Assembly (NCBI GenBank): GCA_030390025.1
Contig: CM059437.1
Coordinates: 78,740,001 to 78,804,000 of the forward strand
DNA length: 64,000 nucleotides
DNA from: Squalus acanthias
Taxonomy: Eukaryota
Reading direction: 5' to 3'
Made by a program: the position numbers and the translations under genes. Numbering within the stretch: position 1 is the first letter of the stretch; every line of letters starts with the position of its first letter. Under the pieces are notes generated by a model. It was not told where the DNA came from and searched no databases. It was given only the letters and a program-made list of their open reading frames with translations. Shown piece after piece: positions 12,891-24,206 of this stretch.

Positions 12891-13914
12891 AATTCCTTCC
12901 TTCCTTCCTCCCTCCCTTCCTCTCTTCCTCCCTTTGTTCATTCCTTTCCTCCTTCCTTCCACCAAAACTGTGCACAGTATGTCAGGTGTGGTCTCACCAA
13001 GGCCCTATATAATTGCAGTAAGACTTCTTTACTCTTATACTGCAATCTTTTTGTAATAAAGGCCAACATACCATTTGCTTTCCTAATTGCCTGCTGTACC
13101 TGCATGTTAACTTTCTGGGATTCGTGTACAAGGACACCCAGGTCCCTCTGAACACCAACATTTCCCAATCTCTCACCATTTAAAAATATTCTGCTTTTCT
13201 ATTTTCCCGACCAAAGTTGATAACTTCACATTTCTCCACATTATATTCCAGCTGCCGTGTTCTTGCCCACTGTTTATAACCCTTTGCAGCCTCTTTGCGT
13301 CCTCCTCACAACTTACTTTCCCACCTAGCTTTGTATTGTCAGCAAACTTGAATACATTACACTCTGTCCCCTCATCTAAGTCATTGATGTAGATTGTAAA
13401 TAGCTAAGGCCCAAGCACTGATCCTTCCGGTACACCGCTACTTATAGCCTGTTAACCCGAAAATTACCCGTTTATTCCTACTCTCTGTTTTCTGTCCGTT
13501 AACCAATTCCCAATCCATGTTAATATATTACTCCCAATCCTATTAGCCCTAATTTTGTGCAATAATTTTGTGCGGGTGGCCGCTTATCGAATGCTTTTTG
13601 AAAATCCAAATACATCACATCCACTGGTTCCCCCTTATCTACCCTGCTAGTTACAACCTCAAAAAACTCTTCATAAATCCATGTTGACTCTGCCCAATCA
13701 TATTATGAATTTCTAAGTGCCCTGTTATCACGTCCGTAATAATAGATTCTAACATTTTTCCTACTACTGATGTCAGGCTAACTGATTTATAGTTCCCTGT
13801 TTTCTCTCTCCCTCCTTTCTTGAATAGCAGGGTTACATTTGCTACCTTTCAATCCGTGGGGACCGTTCTAGAATCTAGGGAATTCTGGAAGATCAAAACC
13901 AATGCATCCACTAT

Positions 13915-14322
13915 CCAGGGACTTGAGCACATAAAGCTAGGCTGACACTCCAGTGCAGTGCTGAGGGAGCGCTGCACTGTCAGTGCGTGCTGTCTTTCGG
14001 ATGAGACGTTAAACCGAGGCCCCGTCTGCTTTCTCAGGTGGACATAAAAGATCCCATGGCACTATTTTGAAGAAGAGCGAGGGAGTTATCCCTGGTGTCC
14101 TGGCCAATATTTATCCCTCAATCAACATCACAAAAAAAAACAGATTATCTGGTCAGTATCACATTGCTGTTTGTGGGAGCTTGCTGTGCGTAAATTGGCT
14201 GTCGTGTTTCCCACATTACAACAGTGACTCCACTTCAAAAATACTTCATTGGCTGTAAAGCGCTTTGAGCTGTCTGGTGGTTATGAAAGACGCTATATAA
14301 ATGTAAGTCTTTCTTTTCTTTC
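13915..14322 (+). mobile_element. DeuSINE, 5'-truncated, inserted in CR1
   Basis: Same core and tail as the copy at 12471; CR1 is contiguous on both sides. Confidence 0.85.
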
Positions 14323-16292
14323 TCTGTAGCCATCTCTTTTAAAACCCTAGGATGTAGGCCATCAGGTTCAGGGAATTTGATGGCTTTTAGTCACATTAAT
14401 TTCTCAAGTTCTATTTCTTTAATTACACTAATATCTTTGAGTTCCTCATTCTCACTAGACCCCTGGTTCCCCACTATTTCCAGAATTGTTTTTGTCTTCT
14501 TCCTTGAAAACAGGTACAAAGTAATTGTTTAATGTCTCTGCCATTTCCTTATTCCCCATTATAATTTCTCCTAAGGGACCCACGTTTACTTTTGCTCATC
14601 TCTTTCTTTTTACATACCTATAGAAGCTTTTACAATCTGTTTTCATGTCTCTTGCTAGTTTACTCTCATATTTTATTTTCTCACTCTCTATCAATTTCCT
14701 GGTCATCCTTTGCTGAATTCTAAAATCCTCCCCAATCCTTAGGCTTGCTACTCTTTTTGGCAACATATAAACCACTTCCTTTAATTTAATACTATCTTTA
14801 ACTTCTCTTGTTAGCCACGGTTGGATCACTTTTCCCGTGGGATTTTTATTCCTTAAGGGAATGTATATTCGGTGTGAATTATGAACTATTTCTTTAAATG
14901 TTTGCCATTGCTTATCAACCATCATATCTTTTAATCTAGTGGGATACTCGTGTCCGGTGGGTATGGGTGGCCCCTCCCCTCATCGTATGGGTTTGGGAGC
15001 CCATTCAACCTTCCTGCTGTATAGGAGTAACCACCCTATCGACTGGTATAATGATGATTGGGGCCACGGAAGAAGCTTTCACATTATGGCCTGTCAGACT
15101 GTTAATCCACCTGCGAATCCTTCCAATACTCCACACTATTCTCCAAGGGATGAATGTAAAGATACGAAAACAAGAACAACTGAAAGCAGAGCACCATCTC
15201 TGTAGTACAGATGAGACCCAACACTCAGCAGGCCGGACTGAAAACCGAAATATATTTTCAGATAGTTGAAGGTTACCTTTGTTGCGCATGTGTACATTTT
15301 TACTTTCCCACTAAATGATCCTGTGAAATTCCTGATCACTTCCCAGAGAAAATTGGGTTACATTAGAGAGTTAGCGTGGTGCCAGTAGAGGATCGAGCTG
15401 ACACGGGTTACTGCGAGCTTTCCACAATGGACACAGATATATCCATCATGTTCTTTACAATTCTGAGAAGGTTGCTCTCTCAGAGCTTACAATATTGCTG
15501 CTCACAGTTGTTGCTCAGTTCCAGATGGGTGTGTTGACTGAGAACTTGAACCTGCTGAGATTGGAACTGCAGTGAGCCGTTGCACTGCTGCCCTTTAAAA
15601 GCCCTGATCTGCCATCTGTAACCTATTTAGAAGGAAGGCTTGCTTTACACCGTGCATCCACATGTAATCCGATTGCTTGACTTTCAGATTGAATCTTTAT
15701 CAGATTTTAAAGAATCATTAACACTTCTGTCTGTCACGCAAGGCTGTCCTTAAAATACGTCGTAAAGGTATAAGCACTGCTGATCCTACTGAGGGCTGGA
15801 GCAGCACAATTGCTCCAGTATAAAGATCAATGGAAATCAAAAAACAACGCAGTCACCAGCAGGGAGCTCCCCCATCCCCACTGCCATGATTGAGTAAATA
15901 AGCACAAGGTATTGAAGATTTAGGGCTAGAAATTCATTATAGCCAAGGAATGGGCAGTGTCAGTAGAAAAGTTGGAGAATGTGCGCCAGGCACTAATGCT
16001 TTAGACTGCATGCAAAATTCATGCTCACTGCTCAAAAAAATGATTGGAGTCCTAATTCAAGTCTTAAAACCAAAGCTCATTGGCATTAAACTCAAAGGGT
16101 GGACCAATATCAGGTGCAGTCTAATCGCAAGTTATGATTGCCATAGGCTTTCTTCACAACTTAAAGGGGAGGTTCATTGATGCTGCAGAACCTCATCCTG
16201 GCATTGCTGGCTGTGCAGCTACCTCATCAAGCAGAAGCAGAAGCAGAAGCAGGGCAAGGAGAAGGAGCTGGAGGACTGAACCAGGTGTGCTG

Positions 16293-18150
16293 ATGGCAGA
16301 CCCACGCCCCAGGGAGAGAGCCCACAGATTCTGTGATGAAGCATTGGAGGCATTAGTTTTTGCTGTGGAGAGATGGAGGGCGATGCTCTACCCGGCAGGT
16401 GGCCCTCACCACATGTCTTCCATACCATGTGGAGGGAGGTAGCACAGCACGTCTCGGGCAGCACTGTGGTCCCTAAGACCTACACACAGTGCAGGAAGAA
16501 ATTTAACGACCACTCGGGTGGTCAGGGTGAGTCAATGCTTCAACAAATGCTACATAACCCCTACCTGAACCACAATCTTCACACACTGCCCAAAGCACCA
16601 CACCCCCAGCACTCACCCACCAACAATCTCTACCTACCAACACTCACACCCACATTTCACACCTTGCACACAAGGACAACTATTCAATTGTGGCAAGCAC
16701 ATCATCCAACCACATTGCTCCACACTCACTCACACACTTTCCTTTCTCTTGCAGGCCAAGGTGGCTCACAACAGGAGGGAGCAGGAGCACACAGGTGGGG
16801 GACAAGCCGATACCCAACCACTGTCTGGGCTGGAGAATCGAGTGTTGCAGATTATTGGGCGCCAGGTGGTGGGTGCTGTGGCTACCGGCGACGTTGAGCC
16901 CCTTGGGGACAACAACAGTATGTTCATCCCTACTCCTTCTTCTCACATCCCACTTCCCCCTCACCCCACAAGCATTTTGCACTTTCCAGCTAATCATTCC
17001 GTATGCATGCATTTCCCCCTTCCTGCTCCCCTCCCCTCACCTTAACCTGACTCTTCTGCCTTTATGCTTTCAGATAATCAGCAAGCACCTGAGCAGCCTG
17101 TCCCTGAGCAAGGCAGGAGAAGAGGAGGAGGAAGAACACACCGCGTCACTGCATGTCTCACCCGCAGACACCAGCTCAGATACTGGCACTACGCGTTCTT
17201 TAGAGGCTAGTATAGTAGTGGGATCTGCACAGGGTGAGGCAGCGGGGACGAGTGGGCTGCAGCAAGGCCAGGGGGAAAAGGTAGCTCGGGGCCAACTCCC
17301 CGGAGGGCGAGCACATGCGCGAGTTCTGCTGCACAGGACTCAGATGAGGACCTCGATGGGGAGGCTTTTAGAAGAAGGGTGATGGGCATGCACACGGAGA
17401 TGATAGGTGCAATGGTAAGGGTGCCTGAGAGCCTCTCGGCAATGGTAAGGAGCGTCGAGGAGTCCACCTCCAACATTACACAAGGCTCTGTGCACACCAT
17501 GGAGCCCATCATTTCCAGTCTGCAAAGGATGGTAGACTCCCAGAGAGACCGTGGCGACCCGGGCCTGATGCCACGTGTGATGGGTGATCTGGCAGCTTCC
17601 ATTGCAGCACCAGCAGAAGCGATGCAACGTCTTAGTGCTGTCATGCAGTCTATGTTTGGTGGCATCCAATCTCAGACTGCTCTCATGCAGTCTCAGCTTG
17701 ATGCCATCATGATTGGTTCTACCACCGTCGACCGGGGTTTTCACGGTGTCACAGCAGGCCAGTAATCTGTGCCCCAACAGAATGCTAGGGATGCTGATGT
17801 GCTGCCCCGGGGGAGTGGCAGTGGGTCAGTGGAGCAGGAACCTGCTGTCCTCTCTCAGGATGACAGCATTCCTGCTCCCACCGCTGCCACTCCACCATTG
17901 CCCTTGTTGCTGCCTGTCATCCAGCCATCCCAGACTGCTGCCACCCATGCTGAGGTGGTGCAGTATACAGCTGGGCCTTCCAGGTCCAGAGCTGGTTGAG
18001 GGCATCCTGCAAGGCCATCTGAAGTCTCCCGCATGGTAACTCAGCAGCCTTCCACCAGCCCTGCTGCAGCCACTGGGCCAACACTTCATAGGAGCACTAG
18101 AGTAGGCAAAGGCACAGTAACGACAGGCACTAAGGGATTGCACAAGGTTG
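16293..18150 (+). pseudogene. Harbinger Myb/SANT-like (MSANTD-type) DNA-binding gene, degenerate; exons ~16293-16526, 16755-16917, 17074-~18150
   Basis: MADPRPRERAHRFCDEALEALV...WREVA...TYTQCRKKFND motif, GT-AG introns, and a 163-nt exon 2 as in the other copies. Several frameshifts and stops. Confidence 0.85.
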
Positions 18151-18898
18151 AATAGTTAGGGGGAAAAATTCAGTTGGTTGCGCCTCCCGTTAGCGCCTTA
18201 AGAGGGCGCTAATGGGGCGCAAAGCATCTAGCGCCCAGGCGCGGCGATGTTTGCGCCGCTCGTGAAATTAACTAGACATTTGGCGGCGGCGCTAAACACT
18301 ACCGCCACGATCTCCTGCGCCGGCAGATCATGACGTCAGTCGAGTGCGCAACGCCCCGGTATTGTCCCGGAGCAGATATTGAGTGGCGCCCCCTGCCTTA
18401 CCGCCTGACGCTAGCAACGACAGGTTGAGGGGAGCGTTTTGCAGTCATGAAGGGACTGGGGGAGCGCTATTTAAAGGCGACCGCTTCCTGCCTTTTATTG
18501 TTGGTGCCATTTTTGAACCACGCATTCTGAGAGAGAGAGGGGGAAAAATTAGGTTGCGCCCCGTTTGGGGCGCAAATATCGTCTGGACGCAAATATTAGC
18601 GCCTGGCGCTAATTATCGCCACTGACTGGAAACTTCACTTTTACCGCCCCGGGAGGTGAGTGGAGCGCTAAATCAGGCGCTGCACACCTGTCTTAAGGCG
18701 CAAAGGCCGAGCAGTGAGGCGCTAACTCAGCGCGCGAGCGCAGCGCAGGTGCTGCCAGTTAGCGAGGGAACACAGACACACTGGCGCCGGCCAGTTCTTA
18801 AAGCGGAGGCGGGGCAACTTGCTACCCAGCCACACCCTGCTCATTGCAGCCTTGAATCTCGGCCTGGAGAGACCTGTGAATCCATTTTGCTGCCAAGG

Positions 18899-20714
18899 AT
18901 GGAGAGGGTGAGAGAACGAGCTCAGCGCTTCACCGAGCGGGCCTTGGATGCTCTGGTTGGCGCGGTGGGGCGCAGAAGATGTATACTCTTCCCTGAGAGT
19001 GGCAGGAGGCCTTTGCCATGCGAGTACAGAAGAGTGTGGAGGGAGGTGGCTCAGAGCGTCTCCTCCAGGAGCATGGTGCCCAGGACCCATGTTCAATGCC
19101 GCAAAAAGTTCAACGACCTCACTCGGGTCGTCAGGGTGAGTGGCTTTTTCTCAATACCTCTCCATCCCTCCATCTCAACCTCACTCTATGGCCAGAGGGT
19201 CTTAAAACCCCAATGCACAACACTCATCCAACACCTATGGCCCTTTCATGAAACACACACACACATTCCACACTTTGCATACAGTAAGGGCTATTCACCT
19301 ATGGGAGGCACATCAGGCAAGACCATGGCTGTATACAGTAAGGGCTATTCACCTATGGGAGGCACATCTGGCAAGACCATGGCTGTATATTTACTCAGAT
19401 GCTGTCCTTTTACTTGCAGGCCAAGCTGGCGCATAATAGGAGACAGCAGCAACGGACAGGTGGAGGGCGGCCTCAGCTGCAACCCCTCAGCGATCTGGAG
19501 GAGCGCGTCCACAGGATTGTGGCAAGCCGGGCGATCGGTCCCGTCGCCACTGGAGACGCCGACCCCGTTCTGGACAGCAATGGTAAGGTCATCACCTTTT
19601 TGTCCTCTGTCCTTCCACTTGTCCCTCACAACACCAGCCTTTGACACTTTCAATCCAACTTGCTAACTCGCTGCACTTATTCCTCCCTTACTGCCACCCT
19701 GTCCTCACGCTAAAGCCACTCTTGTACCTCCCTGCTTTCAGATGGTGATTCACCAGCTGAGGAGACGGGCCCTGAAGCTGCCAGTGGGAGTGAAGCTGCA
19801 GCCGAGGAGGAAGAGGAAGCCGGAGCATCAGTGCCACCCTCTCCCGAGGAAGCCCATGCCCACACTGGGAACACGCCTTCCCTGGAGGGGAGCAGGGGGG
19901 AAGGGTCTAATGAGGGTGAAGCTCCAGGACCCAGCGGGCTGCAGCAACGCCATGGGGGTAGGGAAGAACGGGGGCCTTCTCCCCAGAGGGAGAGTATGCC
20001 AGAGACTCCTACTGCAATGGACGCAGAGGAGGAGCGGCTGATCGCAGAAACACCCAGGCGGTGGGCATGCACACTGAGCTCATGGGTGCAGTGGGAAGGG
20101 TGCCCGAATGCATTGAGTCACTGGCAAGGAGTGTGGAGCACTTCGCTGTAGCACAGGCGGATGCCACACTAACGCTTAGTGCTGCAATTCAGTCACTGAC
20201 TGCCGTGATCCCATCTCTGACTGCTCTCATGCAGACTCAGATTGAGGCCACGCGAGCACTGACTGCTGCCAACCTCGATGGTTCGTTCACATGTCCCCGG
20301 GGCTCTCACCGCGCCGCAGCAGGCCAGCAATCTGTGCTCCAGCAGATTGCTCCGGATGCTGAAGTGTTGCCCCGTGGGAGTGCCAGTGTGTCGGGCGAGC
20401 AGGGAGTTGCTGTCCTCTCTCACGATGACAGCATTCCTGCTGCCAACACTGTCACTTCTCCACTGCACTTGCCACCGCCTGTAGAACAGACTTCTGCCGC
20501 CCATGCAGAGTTGGTGCAGTCTGCAGCCGGGCCCTCCAGGCCCAGAACTGGTCGAGGCCGTCCTTCAGGGGCATCTGCAGTGTCAGGGTCTGACGATCAG
20601 CAGCCTTCCACCAGCCTTGCTGCAGCCACTGAGGTCCCATTACGGAGGAGCAGTAGGGTTAGAAGGGGGGAAGTGCGCAAGGGAAGGAGATCACCCTCGA
20701 AGGGCAAAAAGTAG
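18899..20714 (+). CDS. Harbinger Myb/SANT-like DNA-binding protein; exons 18899-19135, 19420-19582, 19742-20714; one 1-bp frameshift at ~20047-20051
   Basis: MERVRERAQRFTERALDALV...WREVA...RTHVQCRKKFNDL (trihelix Myb_DNA-bind_5-like). Phase-consistent GTGAGT/GTAAGG donors and CAG acceptors; C-terminal basic NLS-like tail RKGRRSPSKGKK. Confidence 0.85.
19279..19388. repeat. 54-bp tandem duplication in intron 1 of the Myb/SANT gene
   Basis: ATACAGTAAGGGCTATTCACCTATGGGAGGCACATC(A/T)GGCAAGACCATGGCTGT occurs twice. Confidence 0.95.
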
Positions 20715-21026
20715 GAGGTGTGACAAAATGCTGGTCATTTGTTTATTGAAGGCCGAGGTTCGTGGTCCAACTTTTGTCTAGTGTTTTGGACATTATCTCC
20801 AGGTTGTGAGAACCAGTTATGTTAATGACTGTTTTTTTGTGTTTATTTCTATGAGTTTGTCATGAGGAAATGACACACACAGAGTTTGTAAAATAAATAA
20901 GTTTTTGTATTCAAAATATACATGTTTGGTGTTTGGAATCATTGGTGCCTTGGCCGGCTTAGGGGTTGCGTGCTGGGTTCATTGATGTTGTTAGCAATGG
21001 CAGAAGCCATTTCCACAGCAGGGGCC

Positions 21027-22166
21027 CTAGAAGCGGCTTGCTATCAGCCGTTGACGGACGGCCCTTGCAGTTTCACCATTGTGGGCCGCCCTCCCGCCTT
21101 GGTGCTGCTGATGATCATCCTCCTCGTCCTCTTCCTCCTCCTCCTCTAGTGGTGCTCCAAGGCCTGGTGGCATTGGCTGGGTCCTGACGATTGCCATGTT
21201 ATGCAACATGCAGCACACAACTACGAAGTTGGATACTCGCTCAGGCGAGTACTGCAGGGCTCCTCCAGAATGGTCGAGACAGCGGAACCGTTGCTTCAGC
21301 ACGCCGATTGTGCGCTCAATTATGTTCCTGGTAGCTTGATGGCTCTCATTGTACCGCAGCTCAGCAGGGGTGTTGGGCGTACGGAGCGGTGTCATCAGCC
21401 AGGTGCTCAATGGATACCCCTTGTCCCCGAGAAGCCAACCAACTGGCTGATGCGGTGCCTCGAAAAGTTCTGCCACAGTAGTCTGGCGCAGGATGAAAGC
21501 ATCATGGCAGCTGCCAGGATAGTGGGCATTGACAGCGAGTATCAGCTGTCTGTGGTCACAGACCAACTGAACATTCAAGGAATGGAACCCCTTTCTGTTC
21601 CGGAATTCCTCGGCATTCTCATGTGGAGCACGCAAAGCCACATGCGTGCAGTCAATGGCGCCCTGCACCATGGGGAAGCCCGCTATCCTCGCAAAGCCCA
21701 GAGCGCGGTCACGCTGCTTGTCTGGGGTCATGGGGAAAGAGATGAACTCTCGTCTCCTTTTAAAGAGGGCATTTGTGACCTGCCGGATGCAGCAATGCAC
21801 CACGAACTGGGAGATATTGGCGAGGTCCCCAGCAGCAGCTTGAAATGAACCAGTAGCATAGAAGTTGAGAGCCACTGTGACCTTCACTGCCACCGACAGA
21901 GACGTCCTGGACCTCAGTTGAGGCTGCAGTAGGTGGCAGAGCTCAGTGACCACCTCCTTGCTGAATCACAGCCTTCGCAAACACAGCTCCTCAGACATAT
22001 GAATGTAAGAGAGCTGTTCACGATATACCCTGGGAGGGTAAGCTCTCCTGTACATACGCCTGTTGGCCCTCCTCCGTCTGGCCATCAATGCCACTCTCTC
22101 TCTGCGTCTCTGTGTCCTCCAATTCAGCTGGAGCAGGACGACGCCCCCAATCAGTGCAGCCCCCAT
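21027..22166 (-). CDS. Harbinger (HARBI1-like) DDE transposase, 379 codons, with one in-frame TGA at 21966-21968
   Basis: ORFs 21966-22235 and 21027-21953 are in the same frame. DDE motifs GAIDCTHV, LGDKGY and IERTIG, plus FRNRKGFHSLNVQ and YPGSCHD. Confidence 0.92.
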
Positions 22167-22359
22167 AGTCTCTTTGCAAGCAAAGTTATGAAGGACAGCA
22201 ACCAAAGTAGCAGCGAAGTTAGGATCAGTAGGCAAAACTACCTCACAAAGCGTTGACTCAATGCAGAAGTCTCTCTTTCTCTCTCTCCGAATCTCTCTCT
22301 CTCTCTCAGAACGAGTGGTGCAAAAATGTCAACCACAGAAAAAGACAGGAAGAGACCCC

Positions 22360-22367
22360 TTTAAATA
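22360..22367 (-). promoter_or_regulatory. Putative TATA-like box (TATTTAAA) of the transposase promoter
   Basis: Lies ~200 bp upstream of the ATG. GCGCTATTTAAAG recurs at the equivalent position in related copies (~18468, ~56376, 60848) and a variant at ~23793. Confidence 0.45.
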
Positions 22368-23273
22368 GCGCCCCCCCCAGCCCCACAGCGATTGATAGCG
22401 TTCCAGTCTTCCGGTCGTTGGATGCGCTAGGCGGTAAGGCAGGGGGCGCCACTCAATTTCCACTCCGGGGCGCCACAAGGGCGTTGCACCATGGAATGAC
22501 GTCACAATCTGCGCGCGCAGGTGGTCGCGGCGGTAAGGTTTAGCGCCGCCGCACAATGTCTCGTTAAGTTCCCGAGCGGCGCAAACATCGCTGCGCCCGG
22601 GCACTAGCGGCTTTGCGCCCCATTAGCGCCCTCTTAAGGCGCTAACGGGAGGCGCAACCAACTGAATTTTTACCCCAGAGAGACTTCTGGAGAGATTCAA
22701 CGCTGTGTGAAGGAGTTTTGGGTACTGAGCAGCACTTTGCAGGTTCATTTTGATTTGCCATTCCTTGTATTGATTTAGAAGAGACTGTGGGGGCTGCACT
22801 CTAAGCTCTTTCCCTGGTACTCTCCATTGTTATTTCCAGCAGATTTGATGTGCAGGTCTCTCCAGGCCAGGATTCAAGGCTGCAATGAACAGGATGTGGA
22901 TGGAAAGCAAGATCAACCATCCCCTTTAAGAACTGGCCGGTTCCATTGTGTGTGTGTGTTCCATTGCTGACTGACATCACATGAGCTTCGCCAGCGCTCT
23001 GAGGTAGCGCCTCGCTCCTCGGCCTTTGCGCCTTAAGACAGGTGTGTAGCGCCTGATTTAGCGCTCCAATCACCTCCAGGGGCGATAAAAGTCAAGTTTG
23101 CAGTCGGTGGCGATAATTAGCGCCAGGCGCTAATCTTTGCGCCCGGCCGATAATTGCGCCCCAAATGGGGCGATACTGAATTTCTCCCCCTTAATATTTT
23201 TGGTGTAATTATATTCACTGATTGTTGATAAATTTATTAATTCACTTACCTTTCTTTTGTGGTGTCTGTCATT

Positions 23274-23620
23274 TCAGTTTTGCAGTGTGATACGGGCTGC
23301 GAGAGGGATGGAATGATAGGGATGTGGTGAGCAATGGGGATCTGGGCTGTAAGTCATCCTGGTGTGAGGATGGAAGTCTGTTTGGAGGAGGTGGCAGAGT
23401 TCTGTGACCACCTCCTTGGTGAGGCGGAACTGTCTAATACACTGCTCCTCGCTTAATTGAAGGTAGGAGAAGTGCTCTCGGAATACCCTTTGGAGAGTCC
23501 TGATGTTCCCCCTCATCTCTCTTTGCACATGGTTACGTCTTTCTCGCTGCCTACGCTCCCTCCGCCGTAGATCCTGGAGGGCGAGGTGGCCAGTATAGCC
23601 CACATTAATGTTGCCAAGTG
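23274..23620 (-). pseudogene. N-terminal remnant of the outer Harbinger's transposase
   Basis: RVFREHFSYLQLSEEQCIRQFRLTKEVVTELCHLLQ; the catalytic region is deleted. Confidence 0.8.
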
Positions 23621-24206
23621 TAGCAGTTTGATTCTTTGAACAATAAATGTAACTACTTTTTAGTTGCCACAACACTCCTGATATAAAAGAACCTTGAAAT
23701 TATTGAATGAAACTGTTGCAGTGTGTGAAAGTGACAAAAAAAACACTGAAACTGCACTAGCCAGACAGCTGCGAGTGATTAATGATGATCCCTTTAAATA
23801 AGGAATCTGGAGCCGGCTTCCTGGTGCTTCATGCCAGCTCTCCCTGTCGGTGTTTACTCCAGGCACTAAGGTAAGTGGCGAGAATCAATTTAGCAGATCA
23901 GGCGGTCTGTGAGTGTTGCACACTCACTGATGTCACGATCCACCTGGCGTTGACGTTCCCAGCGATACCTCTTACCGGCGGTGCTATAGGGAACGGAATT
24001 TGGCGTGTGGCATTGGATTCGCCTCGGCTCGACGATACTGCTCTAGCGCCCCGTTAATGGCATCTGCTGGCACGAACGGAGGCTTTAAGGGGATGAATTT
24101 TTCCCCCTTAGAGTTAAATATCAAACTGATACTAACTGTCAAAATATTGATTCGTTATTTGAATAATCGGGACTGATACGGGGGCTCACAATGAAGAAAG
24201 AAAGTA

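Larger units (their letters stand above)
11938..14937 (-). mobile_element. CR1 LINE (ORF2 3' part and 3' tail), interrupted by two SINEs
   Basis: ORFs 12036-12398 (YEERLSRLGLYSLEFRRMRGDLIETYKI), 12938-13168 and 14596-14925, plus an (ATAAGAAC)n tail at 11938. CR1 sequence resumes after each SINE. Confidence 0.9.
18539..22676. mobile_element. Inner near-intact autonomous-type Harbinger transposon (4138 bp)
   Basis: TIRs GGGGGAAAAATT / AATTTTTACCCC, TSD AGA (18536-38, 22677-79), and convergent Myb/SANT and DDE transposase genes. Confidence 0.92.
18159..23190. mobile_element. Middle non-autonomous Harbinger (18159-18538 plus 22677-23190)
   Basis: Ends GGGGGAAAAATTCAG / CTGAATTTCTCCCCC with TSD TTA on both sides. 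The joined halves match the uninterrupted copy at 55800-56693 in reverse orientation. Confidence 0.85.
15923..24107. mobile_element. Outer (oldest) Harbinger transposon, internally deleted, hosting two nested Harbingers
   Basis: TIRs GGGCTAGAAATTCAT / ATGAATTTTTCCCCC (12/15 match) with TTA on both flanks (15920-22, 24108-10). Contains a Myb/SANT gene remnant (+) and a transposase N-terminal remnant (-). Confidence 0.75.

Noticed and set aside
18656-19666. 336-aa single-exon ORF
   Set aside because: It reads through the 5' region and intron 1; the splice-consistent model starts at 18899.
17280-20060. Programmed frameshift in Myb/SANT exon 3 (all three copies shift in a similar region)
   Set aside because: The indels are at different positions in each copy (~17290, ~20049, ~63345-63392) and mostly in short homopolymers, which fits decay or sequencing error.
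21201-21848. 215-aa ORF antisense to the transposase
   Set aside because: Shadow ORF of a GC-rich coding sequence; no recognisable domain.
21027-22166. Domesticated host HARBI1 or NAIF1/MSANTD genes
   Set aside because: Multiple copies are bounded by TIRs and TSDs and carry lesions, so these are transposon copies.
18159-22676. One element with very long TIRs
   Set aside because: The flanks (TTA vs AGA) do not match; the long IR comes from nesting of two related elements in opposite orientation.
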